From a bacterium (GTDB taxonomy: Bacteria > Zhuqueibacterota > Zhuqueibacteria > Zhuqueibacterales > Zhuqueibacteraceae), in contig JBIOXB010000185.1 in the NCBI GenBank assembly GCA_044869275.1, forward strand, positions 1 through 40,568: a DNA stretch of 40,568 nt, in the 5' to 3' direction. Positions within the stretch are counted from its first letter, which is position 1. Every line of letters starts with the position of its first letter. Positions 24,324-33,803 of the stretch are shown here, piece after piece. Made by a program: the position numbers and the translations under genes. Below the pieces are notes generated by a model. The model saw nothing but the letters and a program-made list of their open reading frames with translations. It searched no databases and was not told the origin of the DNA.

Positions 24324-26837
24324 ATGAAATGGTTCGTACTTGCGCTCGCGCTCGGTTTCACTTCTGCACTCTTTTACCTCCTCAATTTTCCTCACGGCAA
24401 TCTTCCTGCTCTCGGAAAGTTTCTCAATCCCTTCGCCGGCTTTTGGCAGAACGGCAATGCGCAGGATGAAATTCTCACCGATCGCGAGTTGTCCGGGCTG
24501 CAGGATGCCGTTGAAATCGTATGGGACGAGCGCCGCGTGCCGCACATTTTTGTGCGCAACGCACAGGATTTGTATTTCACCCAAGGCTATCTCGTGGCGC
24601 GCGATCGCTTATGGCAAATGGAATTTCAAACGCATGCCGCCGCGGGCAGACTCTCGGAAATTGTCGGGCCGCGCGCGTTGGAGTTTGATCGCCATCGCCG
24701 GCGCCTCGGCATGGTTTACGCCGCGGAAAATGCCATGCGCGCCATGACCGCCCATGCTGAAATGCAATTGGCGGCAGAAGCCTATGCGGCTGGCGTCAAT
24801 GCCTGGATTCGCCAACTCACACCCGCCACTTTGCCCCTGGAATACAAGATTCTCGATTATCAGCCGGAAGCGTGGACGCCGCTCAAATCCGCATTGTTAT
24901 TGAAGCAAATGGCATTGACGCTCAGCGGCTACGGCCCGGACCGGCTCATGACAAGCACGCGTGAAGTTTTAGGCGATAGCGTGATGCGGGAGCTCTATCC
25001 CAACTATCCGCCCCTGCAGGACCCGATTGTGCCGGCGAATACGAAATGGGATTTTCAGCCGTTGATCACACAGAAACCCTCGCACGAATTTCACCCGCCC
25101 ATGGCGCGGCTGCTTAACCATGTTGCTCCGCAACAACTATCACGGCCGCGAGAATCTGTCACCCAGGCTGCCAGCCTGGTGCAGGCGGGAAGTCTGCGTT
25201 ACGACGACGAGCAGGAGGTTTTCATCGGCAGCAACAACTGGGCGGTCTCGGGCAAAAAGACGGCGAGCGGCTATCCGATTTTGTGCAACGATCCGCATTT
25301 GGCTTTGACGCTGCCTTCGATTTGGTATGAGGTTCAGCTCGTATCGCCGCAGGTCAATGTTTATGGCGTGACCTTAACCGGCGCGCCTGGGGTGATCATC
25401 GGCTTCAATGAAAAAATCGCATGGGGCGTGACCAATGCGGAATCCGATGTGCTGGATTGGTATGCGATCAAATTCAAAGATGAAGCCCGCCGCGAGTATT
25501 TTTATGAGGGCCAATGGCGACCAACCACATTACGCTTCGAAGAAATCAAACTGCGCGGCGGCGCGACCGTGCGCGACACGGTGATTTACACGCATCACGG
25601 CCCGGTGCCTTATCGCAAAAATGAAAAGCCGCCTGATGAAGAAATCCCGCCTGGTGCTGCCATGCGTTGGGCGGCGCATGATTCTTCACAAGAACTGGCG
25701 ACGTTCTATAGACTAAATCGCGGTCGAAATTATCAAGACTATCTCGAGGCACTTTCCTACTATGATTGTCCGGGACAAAATTTCGTTTATGCAGATGTCG
25801 AAGGCAATATCGCCATCCGGCACAACGGCAAGTTCCCCGTGCGTTGGTTCGAGCAAGGAAAATATATTGGCGATGGCAGCGACCCGGCTTATGATTGGCA
25901 GGGTTTTATTCCGAAGTCGCAGATTCCAAGCGTGATGAACCCCGAGCGCGGTTTTGTGAGCTCGGCGAATCAAAATCCGGTTGAGGCAAACTATCCCTAT
26001 TATCTGGGCTGGAATTATGCCGCCTTCGAACGCGGCCACCGCATCAATGAGTTTCTGGCAAGCCGCGAGCAAATTACGCCGCAGGACATGATGTCGTTGC
26101 ATCGAGATGTCGTCAGTCTGCGCGCGAAAACTGTTTTGCCGCGCTTGTTGGAGCTGTTGGATGAAGAAAAATTATCTTCCGAACAAAAACTGATTCTGAC
26201 GGAGCTCAAATCTTGGAATTTTGAATATCGCGCCGATACAAAAGTCGCGATTGTTTTCAACAACTGGTGGCGCGAATTGCTCGATCTGATTTGGAAAGAT
26301 GACTTGAAAGAAGGGGAGCAAACGCTCAAACTGCCACGCAGCGACGTAACCATGGATCTTATTCAGCATCAGCCTGACAGCCCATATTACGACAACAAAA
26401 CAACCTCAACGAAAGAAACGCTGGCAGACTTGGTTTTACAGGCCTTGCAGAATACGCATGAAACACTGGCAAAAAAACTTGGCGCGTATGGCGAAGCCTG
26501 GGCATGGCGCCAGGCGCGCGGCACCAACATCTCGCATATTGCCCGCATCCCCGGATTCGGCCGCATGAAATTGCCGACGCCGGGCAACTTTGACAACGTG
26601 AATGCCATCACGAATACGCATGGACCGTCCTGGCGCATGATTGTCGCGCTCGGTCCGGAAGTGAAAGCCTGGGGTATTTATCCCGGCGGGCAGTCTGGAA
26701 ATCCCGGCTCGAAATTTTATGATAATGCCGTGGACAAATGGGTGGCAGGTGAGTACTTTGAACTGCTCTATTTAAAGGATGCACGTGTTTCCGATGCGCG
26801 CATCACCGGTAAGACTATGTTGCGAGGTGGAAAATGA
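24324..26837 (+). CDS. Penicillin acylase family (peptidase S45) Ntn-hydrolase with N-terminal anchor
   Basis: VPHIF..AQDLYFTQGYLVARDRLWQME; GSNNWAVSG (beta-chain Ser at 25230); NDPHL; PGGQSGNPGS. Confidence 0.93.
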   Translation: MKWFVLALALGFTSALFYLLNFPHGNLPALGKFLNPFAGFWQNGNAQDEILTDRELSGLQDAVEIVWDERRVPHIFVRNAQDLYFTQGYLVARDRLWQMEFQTHAAAGRLSEIVGPRALEFDRHRRRLGMVYAAENAMRAMTAHAEMQLAAEAYAAGVNAWIRQLTPATLPLEYKILDYQPEAWTPLKSALLLKQMALTLSGYGPDRLMTSTREVLGDSVMRELYPNYPPLQDPIVPANTKWDFQPLITQKPSHEFHPPMARLLNHVAPQQLSRPRESVTQAASLVQAGSLRYDDEQEVFIGSNNWAVSGKKTASGYPILCNDPHLALTLPSIWYEVQLVSPQVNVYGVTLTGAPGVIIGFNEKIAWGVTNAESDVLDWYAIKFKDEARREYFYEGQWRPTTLRFEEIKLRGGATVRDTVIYTHHGPVPYRKNEKPPDEEIPPGAAMRWAAHDSSQELATFYRLNRGRNYQDYLEALSYYDCPGQNFVYADVEGNIAIRHNGKFPVRWFEQGKYIGDGSDPAYDWQGFIPKSQIPSVMNPERGFVSSANQNPVEANYPYYLGWNYAAFERGHRINEFLASREQITPQDMMSLHRDVVSLRAKTVLPRLLELLDEEKLSSEQKLILTELKSWNFEYRADTKVAIVFNNWWRELLDLIWKDDLKEGEQTLKLPRSDVTMDLIQHQPDSPYYDNKTTSTKETLADLVLQALQNTHETLAKKLGAYGEAWAWRQARGTNISHIARIPGFGRMKLPTPGNFDNVNAITNTHGPSWRMIVALGPEVKAWGIYPGGQSGNPGSKFYDNAVDKWVAGEYFELLYLKDARVSDARITGKTMLRGGK
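25158..25202. repeat. Degenerate REP-doublet-like palindrome in frame within the acylase spacer peptide
   Basis: GTCACCCAGGCTGCCAGCCTGG-T-GCAGGCGGGAAGTCTGCGTTAC: two small hairpins in inverted arrangement, 45 nt, encoding VTQAASLVQAGSLRY. Confidence 0.55.
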
Positions 26838-27193
26838 TCGCAGTTCTGATTTGTTTTTTGTTGATGCTGACGCTGCATCTGGCCACGCCGTTTTGGTGGT
26901 GGATCATGACCGTGCCATTTTTGTTCGGACTTATAAAGAGCCGTTCCGCGCGTGAAAGCCTGAAAGTGGGAACGGCCAGCGCAGGAATGCTGTGGTTCTT
27001 CATGGGGTTGTACCAGTGGGCTACCGCGAGCCAGCAAGCTTCAGATCGCGTGCTGGCAATGATGGGGGCGGGAGCGAACGGAGCATGGTTGCTGATCGCT
27101 ACGACTCTGCTCGCGTTGTTGGCGGCAGCAATCTCCGGCCTCAGCGGTCACGCCTGCAAAGCAGCCTGGGCAAAGCATGGATCGAGGAACTGA
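26834..27193 (+). CDS. Small membrane protein coupled to the acylase
   Basis: ATGA overlap with the acylase stop, SD GAGGTGG, 119 aa with 3-4 hydrophobic segments. Confidence 0.75.
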   Translation: MIAVLICFLLMLTLHLATPFWWWIMTVPFLFGLIKSRSARESLKVGTASAGMLWFFMGLYQWATASQQASDRVLAMMGAGANGAWLLIATTLLALLAAAISGLSGHACKAAWAKHGSRN

Positions 27194-27260
27194 ACGGCAT
27201 GGGAGTGAGGGAGTGCGGAGCATTCATCAAGCCAGCGAACTCTCCATCCCCTCACCCGTT
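27193..27260. repeat. Inverted octamer hairpin (GGGAGTGA type) between convergent genes; possible terminator
   Basis: aacgg cat gggagtga gggagtgc ggag ... ctctcca tcccctca cccgtt, followed by a T-rich tract. Confidence 0.6.
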
Positions 27261-27291
27261 TCTTTCGGCGTTGCAAGATATGGCAGCGTTT

Positions 27292-28275
27292 TCAACCCGC
27301 CTCAAATTCCACGGCCATGGTATCCCGCAAGACCCCGCGTGCGCCGAAGCTCTCTTTGAAGTCTGCCAACCCCCAATTGGGTTCGGAGTCGATCGTGTAT
27401 GTACCGAAATCGAGATCGCGCAAGCCTTGCCGGCCGCACCATTGCAACACTTCCGCGAAAAGAAAATAGAACCCATGATATTGCTGGAAGCCTTCGCGCT
27501 GGCTGACATAATAGAAAGCCAACGCCGCCTGCCGGTTGCATAGAAACAGCAGCATGCCGGCGATCATTTCCCGCTCGACCACCGCAGCAAACAAGCGCAA
27601 GCGCTGCGGGCAAAGCTCGCGCAAGCGCTGGAGTTCTTCCAAAGTGTGTGTGGGCCTCACCCGATGGCGCTGCCACATGTGCTGCTGGAGCAGCGTATAA
27701 AAATTCTCCCAGTCTGCGCTTTCTTCAACTTTCACGCCGCGCTTTTCGGCGCGCCGCCGCGCGCGCCGCGCTTCACGAGGCCAAGAATCGAAGGGTGCAT
27801 CCAACGCAATGACGCTGGTCATTTCGCGCTTGCGATATTGAAAGCCGCGTCGATGGAGGACATACTCGACATGATGGTCGGGATGCGAAAAATAGACTTG
27901 TGGAGGTAAAGTCAGTTCCGCGCCGGCGTAGCCCTGTTCCTGGCAATGCGTGAGAAAAGTGGCAACAACTCGATCGGTTTCCGCGAGCGAAAGATGCGGC
28001 CGCGTGACCAAGCCGCCAAAGGAGGCGCCAGGATGAGAGCACAAAATGCGCGTTTCATTGCGTGGGCGTGTCGCCGCGGGCAAAATTGCCAGCAATGCGC
28101 CTTCGTTGAAGAAGAGCAGGGAGGTGTCTGTGAATCGTCCGGGCGGGTGATAAGCTAAAAAGGCACGTGTATGAAACAACGTGCCTTGCTGCGAATGCTC
28201 GACAAAAGCGTCCCACCGCTGCCGATATTCTTCGGAATAGTGCTTGACTTCTATTCCGGAATGCCCTGCCGACAT
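27292..28275 (-). CDS. GNAT/FemAB-like acetyltransferase
   Basis: WDAFVEHSQQGTLFHTRAFLAYH, SHPGASFGG, LDFGTYT...NWGLADFKESFGARG; TGATG coupling with the argF stop. Confidence 0.82.
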   Translation of the reverse strand: MSAGHSGIEVKHYSEEYRQRWDAFVEHSQQGTLFHTRAFLAYHPPGRFTDTSLLFFNEGALLAILPAATRPRNETRILCSHPGASFGGLVTRPHLSLAETDRVVATFLTHCQEQGYAGAELTLPPQVYFSHPDHHVEYVLHRRGFQYRKREMTSVIALDAPFDSWPREARRARRRAEKRGVKVEESADWENFYTLLQQHMWQRHRVRPTHTLEELQRLRELCPQRLRLFAAVVEREMIAGMLLFLCNRQAALAFYYVSQREGFQQYHGFYFLFAEVLQWCGRQGLRDLDFGTYTIDSEPNWGLADFKESFGARGVLRDTMAVEFEAG

Positions 28276-29192
28276 CACCGGTTTCCCATCAGCATGACCA
28301 ATAAAGCCTTTTGCGCGTGCATGCGATTTTCCGCCTGGGTGAAAATGATCGAAGCCGGGCTTTCGATCACTTCATGCGTGACCTCCTCGCCGCGATGCGC
28401 GGGCAGGCAGTGCATGAATTTTGCGTCTTTCGCCGCGAGACGCATCAGTTTCGCGTCGACAACGTAATTCTTGAAAATGCGTTTGCGCGCCTCGGCTTCG
28501 GCTTCCTGCCCCATGCTCGCCCAGACATCGGTGTAAATCACGTGCGCGCCACGCGCGGCCTCCGCCGGGTCGCGCAAAATTTCCACACTGCCCACGCCGG
28601 CAGCTCGGGCTTCGCTCAGCAGTTCGGCGTTTGGCTCATAACCTTCCGGGCACGCGATGCGAAACGTGAATGGGAGCCGCGCCGCCATGGTGACCCACGA
28701 GTTTGCGACATTGTTGCCGTCGCCAATGTAGGTCACGATGAGATCGTCAAGCGTGCGGCGCTCCTCCCAGATGGTGAACATGTCACCGATGATTTGACAG
28801 GGGTGGTGCAAATCTGTCAAGCCGTTGATCACTGGCACGCTGGCGTAACGCGCGAGCTCGACGATGTCTTGGTGGCCGAACATGCGCGCCATGATGCCAT
28901 CGACGTAACTTGAAATCACGCGCGCGACGTCAGAAAAGGCCTCGCGCTTTTCCAAGCCAATCTCGTCCGCGGGCAGATACAAGGCGTGTCCGCCCAGTTG
29001 AAACATCCCCACTTCGAACGAAATGCGGGTGCGCGTCGAGGGCTTCAAGAACACCATGCCCAGCGTTTGATCTTTCAAATACTGATGCGCTTCGCCGCGT
29101 TTGTACTTGGCTTTCAGCTCTTTAGCCAGCTCGAAGAGAGACCACACTTCGTTGGTGGAGAGATCGGAGATAGTGAGGAAATCTTGCTTCAT
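28275..29192 (-). CDS. argF: Ornithine carbamoyltransferase
   Basis: PSTRTRISFE, HPCQ, YTDVWASMGQE, FMHCLP, QAENRMH. Confidence 0.96.
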   Translation of the reverse strand: MKQDFLTISDLSTNEVWSLFELAKELKAKYKRGEAHQYLKDQTLGMVFLKPSTRTRISFEVGMFQLGGHALYLPADEIGLEKREAFSDVARVISSYVDGIMARMFGHQDIVELARYASVPVINGLTDLHHPCQIIGDMFTIWEERRTLDDLIVTYIGDGNNVANSWVTMAARLPFTFRIACPEGYEPNAELLSEARAAGVGSVEILRDPAEAARGAHVIYTDVWASMGQEAEAEARKRIFKNYVVDAKLMRLAAKDAKFMHCLPAHRGEEVTHEVIESPASIIFTQAENRMHAQKALLVMLMGNR

Positions 29193-29193
29193 G

Positions 29194-29263
29194 ATTGACC
29201 ATTCGCCGTTGGCAATTCACAATCATCAATTGTCAATGGTGAATTAATAATTGACAATTGATG
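29194..29263. repeat. Heptamer repeat hairpin (ATTGACA/ATTGTCA family)
   Basis: 7-nt periodicity (attgacc attcgcc gttggca attcaca ...); perfect 14-bp stem 29224-29237 / 29250-29263. Confidence 0.8.
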
Positions 29264-29290
29264 CGCCGTCTCGCCCCAAAATGGTTGACA

Positions 29291-30688
29291 TTACAAAATG
29301 TACCGGCTCAAGTCTTCGTCTTCGATGATGCCTGTGAGCGAAGTCCGCACCAGCTCGGCGCTGATCAGGACTTCTCCGCTGCGCTGGTCGGGAACGTCGA
29401 ATAAAATATCCTCCAACAGTGCGGTCAAAACCGTATGCAAACGCCGCGCGCCGATGTTCTCGGTTTTCTCGTTGACCTGAAAAGCGAGGTGCGCGATTTC
29501 CGCGATCGCATCCTCTTCGAAGATCAGGTTCACGCCTTCGGTGGCGAGCAAGGCGATATATTGCTTGATCAGCGCGTTCTCCGGCTCGGTCAAAATGCGC
29601 ACGAAATCTTCCGCCGTCAAGCTGTTCAGCTCCACGCGGATGGGAAAGCGGCCCTGCAACTCCGGAATGAGATCGGACGGTTTGGAAACGTGAAACGCCC
29701 CGCTGGCGATGAACAAAACGTGGTCTGATCTCACCATGCCGTATTTGGTGAAAACATTCGTGCCTTCGACTACGGGCAATAAATCGCGCTGCACGCCCTC
29801 GCGCGAGACGTCCGGGCCGGAAGTGCTCTTGACGCCGGCAATCTTATCGATTTCATCGATGAAGACGATGCCGGAATTTTCCACGCGCGCGATCGCCTCT
29901 TTCACCGCCTGCTCCATGTCGATGAGCTTTTGCGCCTCCTCTTGCACCAGATGCACGCGCGCTTCCGCGACTTTCATTTTGCGGCGCTTCATCTTTTTGG
30001 GAAACATGTTTCCGACCAGATCCTGCAAATTGATGCCCAGCTCTTCCACGCCCACGGGCGTGATCACTTGCATCATCGGCATGTTGTCGCTGGAGACATC
30101 CATCTCGACCATGCGCTCTTCCAGCTTCCCGGCCAGAAGCTGCTGGCGGAATTTATCGCGCGTGCGCTGCCGCTTTTCCTCCAGATCGAACTCGGCAGCT
30201 TCGGCGTTTTTCGTGTCTTCGCTTTGCTCTTCACGGCTGGCAACGAGACGGATACCTGCAGACATGGGCGGCATGAGCAAGTCCAGCAGGCGTTCGTTGG
30301 CAAGGTGCTCGGCCTGCTCTTTCACGCCGGCTGTTTTTTCCGCGCGCACCATCGCCACCGCAAGATCCGTCAAGTCGCGTATCATGGATTCCACGTCGCG
30401 GCCGACGTAACCGACTTCGGTGAATTTTGACGCCTCAACTTTGATAAAGGGCGCGTGCGCCAGCTTGGACAGGCGCCGCGCAATCTCGGTTTTGCCCACG
30501 CCCGTCGGCCCGATGAGAATGATGTTGTTGGGCATGATCTCTTCGCGCAGGCTTTCGCTCACGTGCTGCCGGCGCCAGCGGTTGCGCAAGGCGATGGCCA
30601 CGGCGCGCTTGGCGCGCTGCTGGCCGATAATATATTTGTCCAATTCCGCCACGATTTGCCGTGGCGTCAATATGTTTTTGTCGTCCAT
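29291..30688 (-). CDS. hslU: ATP-dependent protease ATPase subunit HslU
   Basis: [57 protein letters not shown]. Confidence 0.98.
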   Translation of the reverse strand: MDDKNILTPRQIVAELDKYIIGQQRAKRAVAIALRNRWRRQHVSESLREEIMPNNIILIGPTGVGKTEIARRLSKLAHAPFIKVEASKFTEVGYVGRDVESMIRDLTDLAVAMVRAEKTAGVKEQAEHLANERLLDLLMPPMSAGIRLVASREEQSEDTKNAEAAEFDLEEKRQRTRDKFRQQLLAGKLEERMVEMDVSSDNMPMMQVITPVGVEELGINLQDLVGNMFPKKMKRRKMKVAEARVHLVQEEAQKLIDMEQAVKEAIARVENSGIVFIDEIDKIAGVKSTSGPDVSREGVQRDLLPVVEGTNVFTKYGMVRSDHVLFIASGAFHVSKPSDLIPELQGRFPIRVELNSLTAEDFVRILTEPENALIKQYIALLATEGVNLIFEEDAIAEIAHLAFQVNEKTENIGARRLHTVLTALLEDILFDVPDQRSGEVLISAELVRTSLTGIIEDEDLSRYIL

Positions 30689-30727
30689 CTGGTATTCTTC
30701 GAAATGAGTTTCAGCAAGAATTGCCCT

Positions 30728-30769
30728 TTTACACGTTACACCTTACACGTTACACGTGTAAAGTGTAAA
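30728..30769. repeat. Inverted heptamer hairpin (TTACACG family)
   Basis: ttacacg ttacacc ttacacg ttaca cgtgtaa agtgtaa; same unit as 19558-19610. Confidence 0.85.
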
Positions 30770-30802
30770 TAGGCGTTTAGAGCACGTCTTTTCATGCTCG
30801 CC

Positions 30803-31342
30803 TCAATTCAATTCCTCGAGCACGAGATTCTTGTTCGTGTAAATGCAAATATCCGCGGTGATACTCATCGCCTCCTCCGCGATTTGCCGCGCCGTCAGGT
30901 CCGAATACTTCGTTAACGCGCGCGCGGCGGCCAGGGCATAACCGCCACCCGAGCCGATGGAAATGATGCCGTCGTCCGGCTCGATCACGTCTCCGGTGCC
31001 GGAAACCAGAAATGTCTTGTCGTGATCCATCACCACCAGTTGCGCTTCCAGCCGGCGCAGGAAACGGTCGGTGCGCCATTCTTTCGCGAGCTCGACCGCG
31101 GCACGGCTCAGGTTCCCGCGATATTGTTCCAGCTTTTGTTCGAATTTTTCAAACAGGGCAAACGCATCCGCCGCCGCGCCGGCAAAGCCGATGAGCACGG
31201 AATCTTTGTGCAGCTTGCGAATTTTGCGCGCGTTCATTTTGAGCACGGCGTCACCATAGGTCACTTGCCCGTCGCCGGCCAGAACCGCGGTGCCCTTGTG
31301 GCGGATGCCGAGTATCGTCGTAGCATGAATTACTTCAAACAT
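30803..31342 (-). CDS. hslV: ATP-dependent protease subunit HslV
   Basis: HATTILG (catalytic Thr after a short propeptide), [38 protein letters not shown]. Confidence 0.98.
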   Translation of the reverse strand: MFEVIHATTILGIRHKGTAVLAGDGQVTYGDAVLKMNARKIRKLHKDSVLIGFAGAAADAFALFEKFEQKLEQYRGNLSRAAVELAKEWRTDRFLRRLEAQLVVMDHDKTFLVSGTGDVIEPDDGIISIGSGGGYALAAARALTKYSDLTARQIAEEAMSITADICIYTNKNLVLEELN

Positions 31343-31397
31343 CAGAGTCCTCTCTACAATTTGAATGGGGTCTTCGATTATTGCGTTGCTGAATCAG

Positions 31398-31550
31398 TGG
31401 ATTGATGGATTGATGGATTAGTGGATTAGTGGATGGCTGAAAATACCGTCTTCCAACAATCCATGAATCCACCAATCCACCAATCCACCAATCCAACAAT
31501 CCAACAATCCATAAATCCATGAATCCATGAATCCAACGATCCAACAATCT
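31398..31550. repeat. Long inverted octamer array (TGGATTGA x5 vs TCCAnnAA x12)
   Basis: Five TGGATtnn units from 31398, a short spacer, then twelve TCCAnnnA units at 31452-31547. Confidence 0.92.
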
Positions 31551-31555
31551 CTCGT

Positions 31556-33025
31556 TTAGATTTTCCTCCGCAGGCGCGACACCGGGAGCATCATTTGCTC
31601 GCGATATTTGGCCACCGTGCGCCGCGCGACATTGAAGCCCTCGCCTTTCAACATGTGGGCGATGGTTTGATCGTTCAAGGGTTTGTGCGGATCTTCCGCA
31701 TCGATGATTTCCTTGATGCGCTGTTTGATGCGGCGGTTGGAGATGTCTTCGCCGTCGTCGCGCTTGAGGCCTTCGCTGAAAAAATACTTCAATTCGAACA
31801 CGCCGTGCTCGGTTTGCACGTACTTGCCATTGGTGACACGCGAGATGGTTGAGATGTCCATGCCGATCTCGTCGGCGATGTCTTTCAGGATCATGGGCTT
31901 GATGAACTGGCGCCCTTTCTCAAAAAATTCGCGCTGTTTCTTGACGATGGCTTCCATCACTTTCAAGATCGTCAGGCGGCGCTGGTGGATGGAATTGATC
32001 AGCCAGCGCGCGGATTCCAGCCGCTTTTTCACGAATTCACGTGCTTCCTTCGCCTGTTCCTTGCTGTTCGCTTTTTTCAGCAGCAAGTCTTTGTAGCGAT
32101 TGTTGATGCGCAGGTGCGGTACGTTGGAATCGTGCAAAATGATTCTGAAGTCGTCGCCGTCGCGCTCCACGGTCAAATCCGGAACCACGACGTTGAGGTG
32201 CGGCGAAATGTAGCCTTCGCCGGGCTTGGGATTCAAGCTCGTGACCTCATCGACCACTTCTTTGATGGCTTCCAGATCGACTTCGAGCTTTTTAGCGATC
32301 TTTTCGAAACGTTTGTTGGTGAAATCATCGAAATGATTTTTGATGACCTCGATGGCAAGCTCGTAGCTCGGCTCCTTGTCTTCGAGCTGGATCTGCAAGC
32401 ATTCCTGCAAATTGCGCGCGCCGATGCCGACGGGATCGAAGTGCTGAATCATGCGCAAAACCTTTTCCACTTTCTCGGCGGGCATGTCCAGGTTTTGCGC
32501 CACCAGCTCCAGGGCGCAGGAGAGGTATCCGTCTTCGTTGATGTTCCAAATGAGATATTCGCCGACGGTGATCTCTTCTTCGTCCAGGCGCAGCATGTGC
32601 AACTGGCTCAGCAGATGCTCGGGCAGCGTTTCTTCGGCCGGTTCCTGTTGCTCGAAAACCTCCGCGCTGTCGTCGCGCGGCGCGCGGTGTTCGTAGTTTT
32701 CCTCGTCGCCGATGATGGCTTCCCAGTCGATCTCTTCCTTGTTGATTTCCTCCCGCTCGGCCTCCTCACTGGCGACGGCGGCCTCTTCCTCTTCCGCCTC
32801 CGAGCGCGGCTCTTCCTCTTCTTCTTTGAGCTCGAGTTCCATATTTTCCTCTTGCTCGGCCTCGAGCTCCATCTCATCGGCTAGTTCGAGCAGGGGATTG
32901 ATTTCGATTTCCATTTTCAGTTTTTGTTCGAGCATGGCCGTGGGCAATTGCAGCAACGAAGACAACAAGACCTGTTGCGGGGTTTGCCGCAATTGCTGGC
33001 TGAGCCGTTGTGACAAATTCAGCAT
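31556..33025 (-). CDS. rpoN: RNA polymerase sigma-54 factor
   Basis: Q/L-rich region I, DPVGIGARNLQECL, STISRVTNGKY, RpoN box ARRTVAKYRE. Confidence 0.98.
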   Translation of the reverse strand: MLNLSQRLSQQLRQTPQQVLLSSLLQLPTAMLEQKLKMEIEINPLLELADEMELEAEQEENMELELKEEEEEPRSEAEEEEAAVASEEAEREEINKEEIDWEAIIGDEENYEHRAPRDDSAEVFEQQEPAEETLPEHLLSQLHMLRLDEEEITVGEYLIWNINEDGYLSCALELVAQNLDMPAEKVEKVLRMIQHFDPVGIGARNLQECLQIQLEDKEPSYELAIEVIKNHFDDFTNKRFEKIAKKLEVDLEAIKEVVDEVTSLNPKPGEGYISPHLNVVVPDLTVERDGDDFRIILHDSNVPHLRINNRYKDLLLKKANSKEQAKEAREFVKKRLESARWLINSIHQRRLTILKVMEAIVKKQREFFEKGRQFIKPMILKDIADEIGMDISTISRVTNGKYVQTEHGVFELKYFFSEGLKRDDGEDISNRRIKQRIKEIIDAEDPHKPLNDQTIAHMLKGEGFNVARRTVAKYREQMMLPVSRLRRKI

Positions 33026-33050
33026 ATTTCCAAATCCTCGATGAGTCCTC

Positions 33051-33803
33051 TTAGCGATCCAACCGGAATTTGTCTCCGAGATACAACTTGCGCGCTTCCG
33101 GATCGTCGGCGAGAAATTCCGCCGTTCCTGCTTTCAACACTTTTCCTTCGTACAACAGATACGCGCGGTCGGTGATCGACAGCGTTTCGTGCACGTTGTG
33201 ATCCGTGATCAGCACACCGATGCCTTTCTGTTTCAGCCCGCGCACGATTTCTTGAATGTCCTCGACGGCGATCGGATCGACGCCGGCGAAGGGTTCGTCC
33301 AGCAGGATGAATTTGGGATTGGTCACCAGCGCGCGGCTGATCTCCGTGCGCCGCCGCTCGCCGCCCGAAAGGGTGTAGGCGTAGTTCTTGGCCAGGTGTG
33401 AAATCGCCAATTCATCCAGCAATTGTTCCAGCCGCTGCCGGCGTTCTTGCCCGGAGAGCGGCAAAGTCTCCAGAATCGCGAGAATGTTCTGCTCGACGGT
33501 CAAGCGCCGAAAAATGCTCGGCTCTTGCGCCAAATATCCCACGCCCAGGCGTGCACGTTGATACATCGAGAGCGTTGTGATCTCGGTATCGCCGAGAAAG
33601 ATGCGGCCGGAAGTCGGCCGGATCATGCCGGTGATGATGTAAAACGTGGTGGTTTTGCCCGCCCCATTGGGACCGAGCAAACCGACAATTTCCGCCTGCT
33701 GCACGGCTATCGAGACCTCACTGACGACGCGCCGCTGATTGTAAATCTTTACGAGCTTATCGGAGCGCAGCGTCATGCCATGGCGCCGGGACTCTGCCGT
33801 CAT
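33051..33803 (-). CDS. lptB: LPS export ABC transporter ATPase LptB
   Basis: GLLGPNGAGKTT, LSGGERRRTEI, LLDEPFAGVDP, ITDHNV, YLGDKF. Confidence 0.96.
   Translation of the reverse strand: MTAESRRHGMTLRSDKLVKIYNQRRVVSEVSIAVQQAEIVGLLGPNGAGKTTTFYIITGMIRPTSGRIFLGDTEITTLSMYQRARLGVGYLAQEPSIFRRLTVEQNILAILETLPLSGQERRQRLEQLLDELAISHLAKNYAYTLSGGERRRTEISRALVTNPKFILLDEPFAGVDPIAVEDIQEIVRGLKQKGIGVLITDHNVHETLSITDRAYLLYEGKVLKAGTAEFLADDPEARKLYLGDKFRLDR

Noticed and set aside
31335..31547. 70-aa ORF rich in W/I/G/L
   Set aside because: It is simply the translation of the octamer array; there is no RBS or family resemblance.
31398..31550. CRISPR array interpretation of this and the other repeats
   Set aside because: Units are 7-9 nt and contiguous, with no unique spacers and no cas genes.
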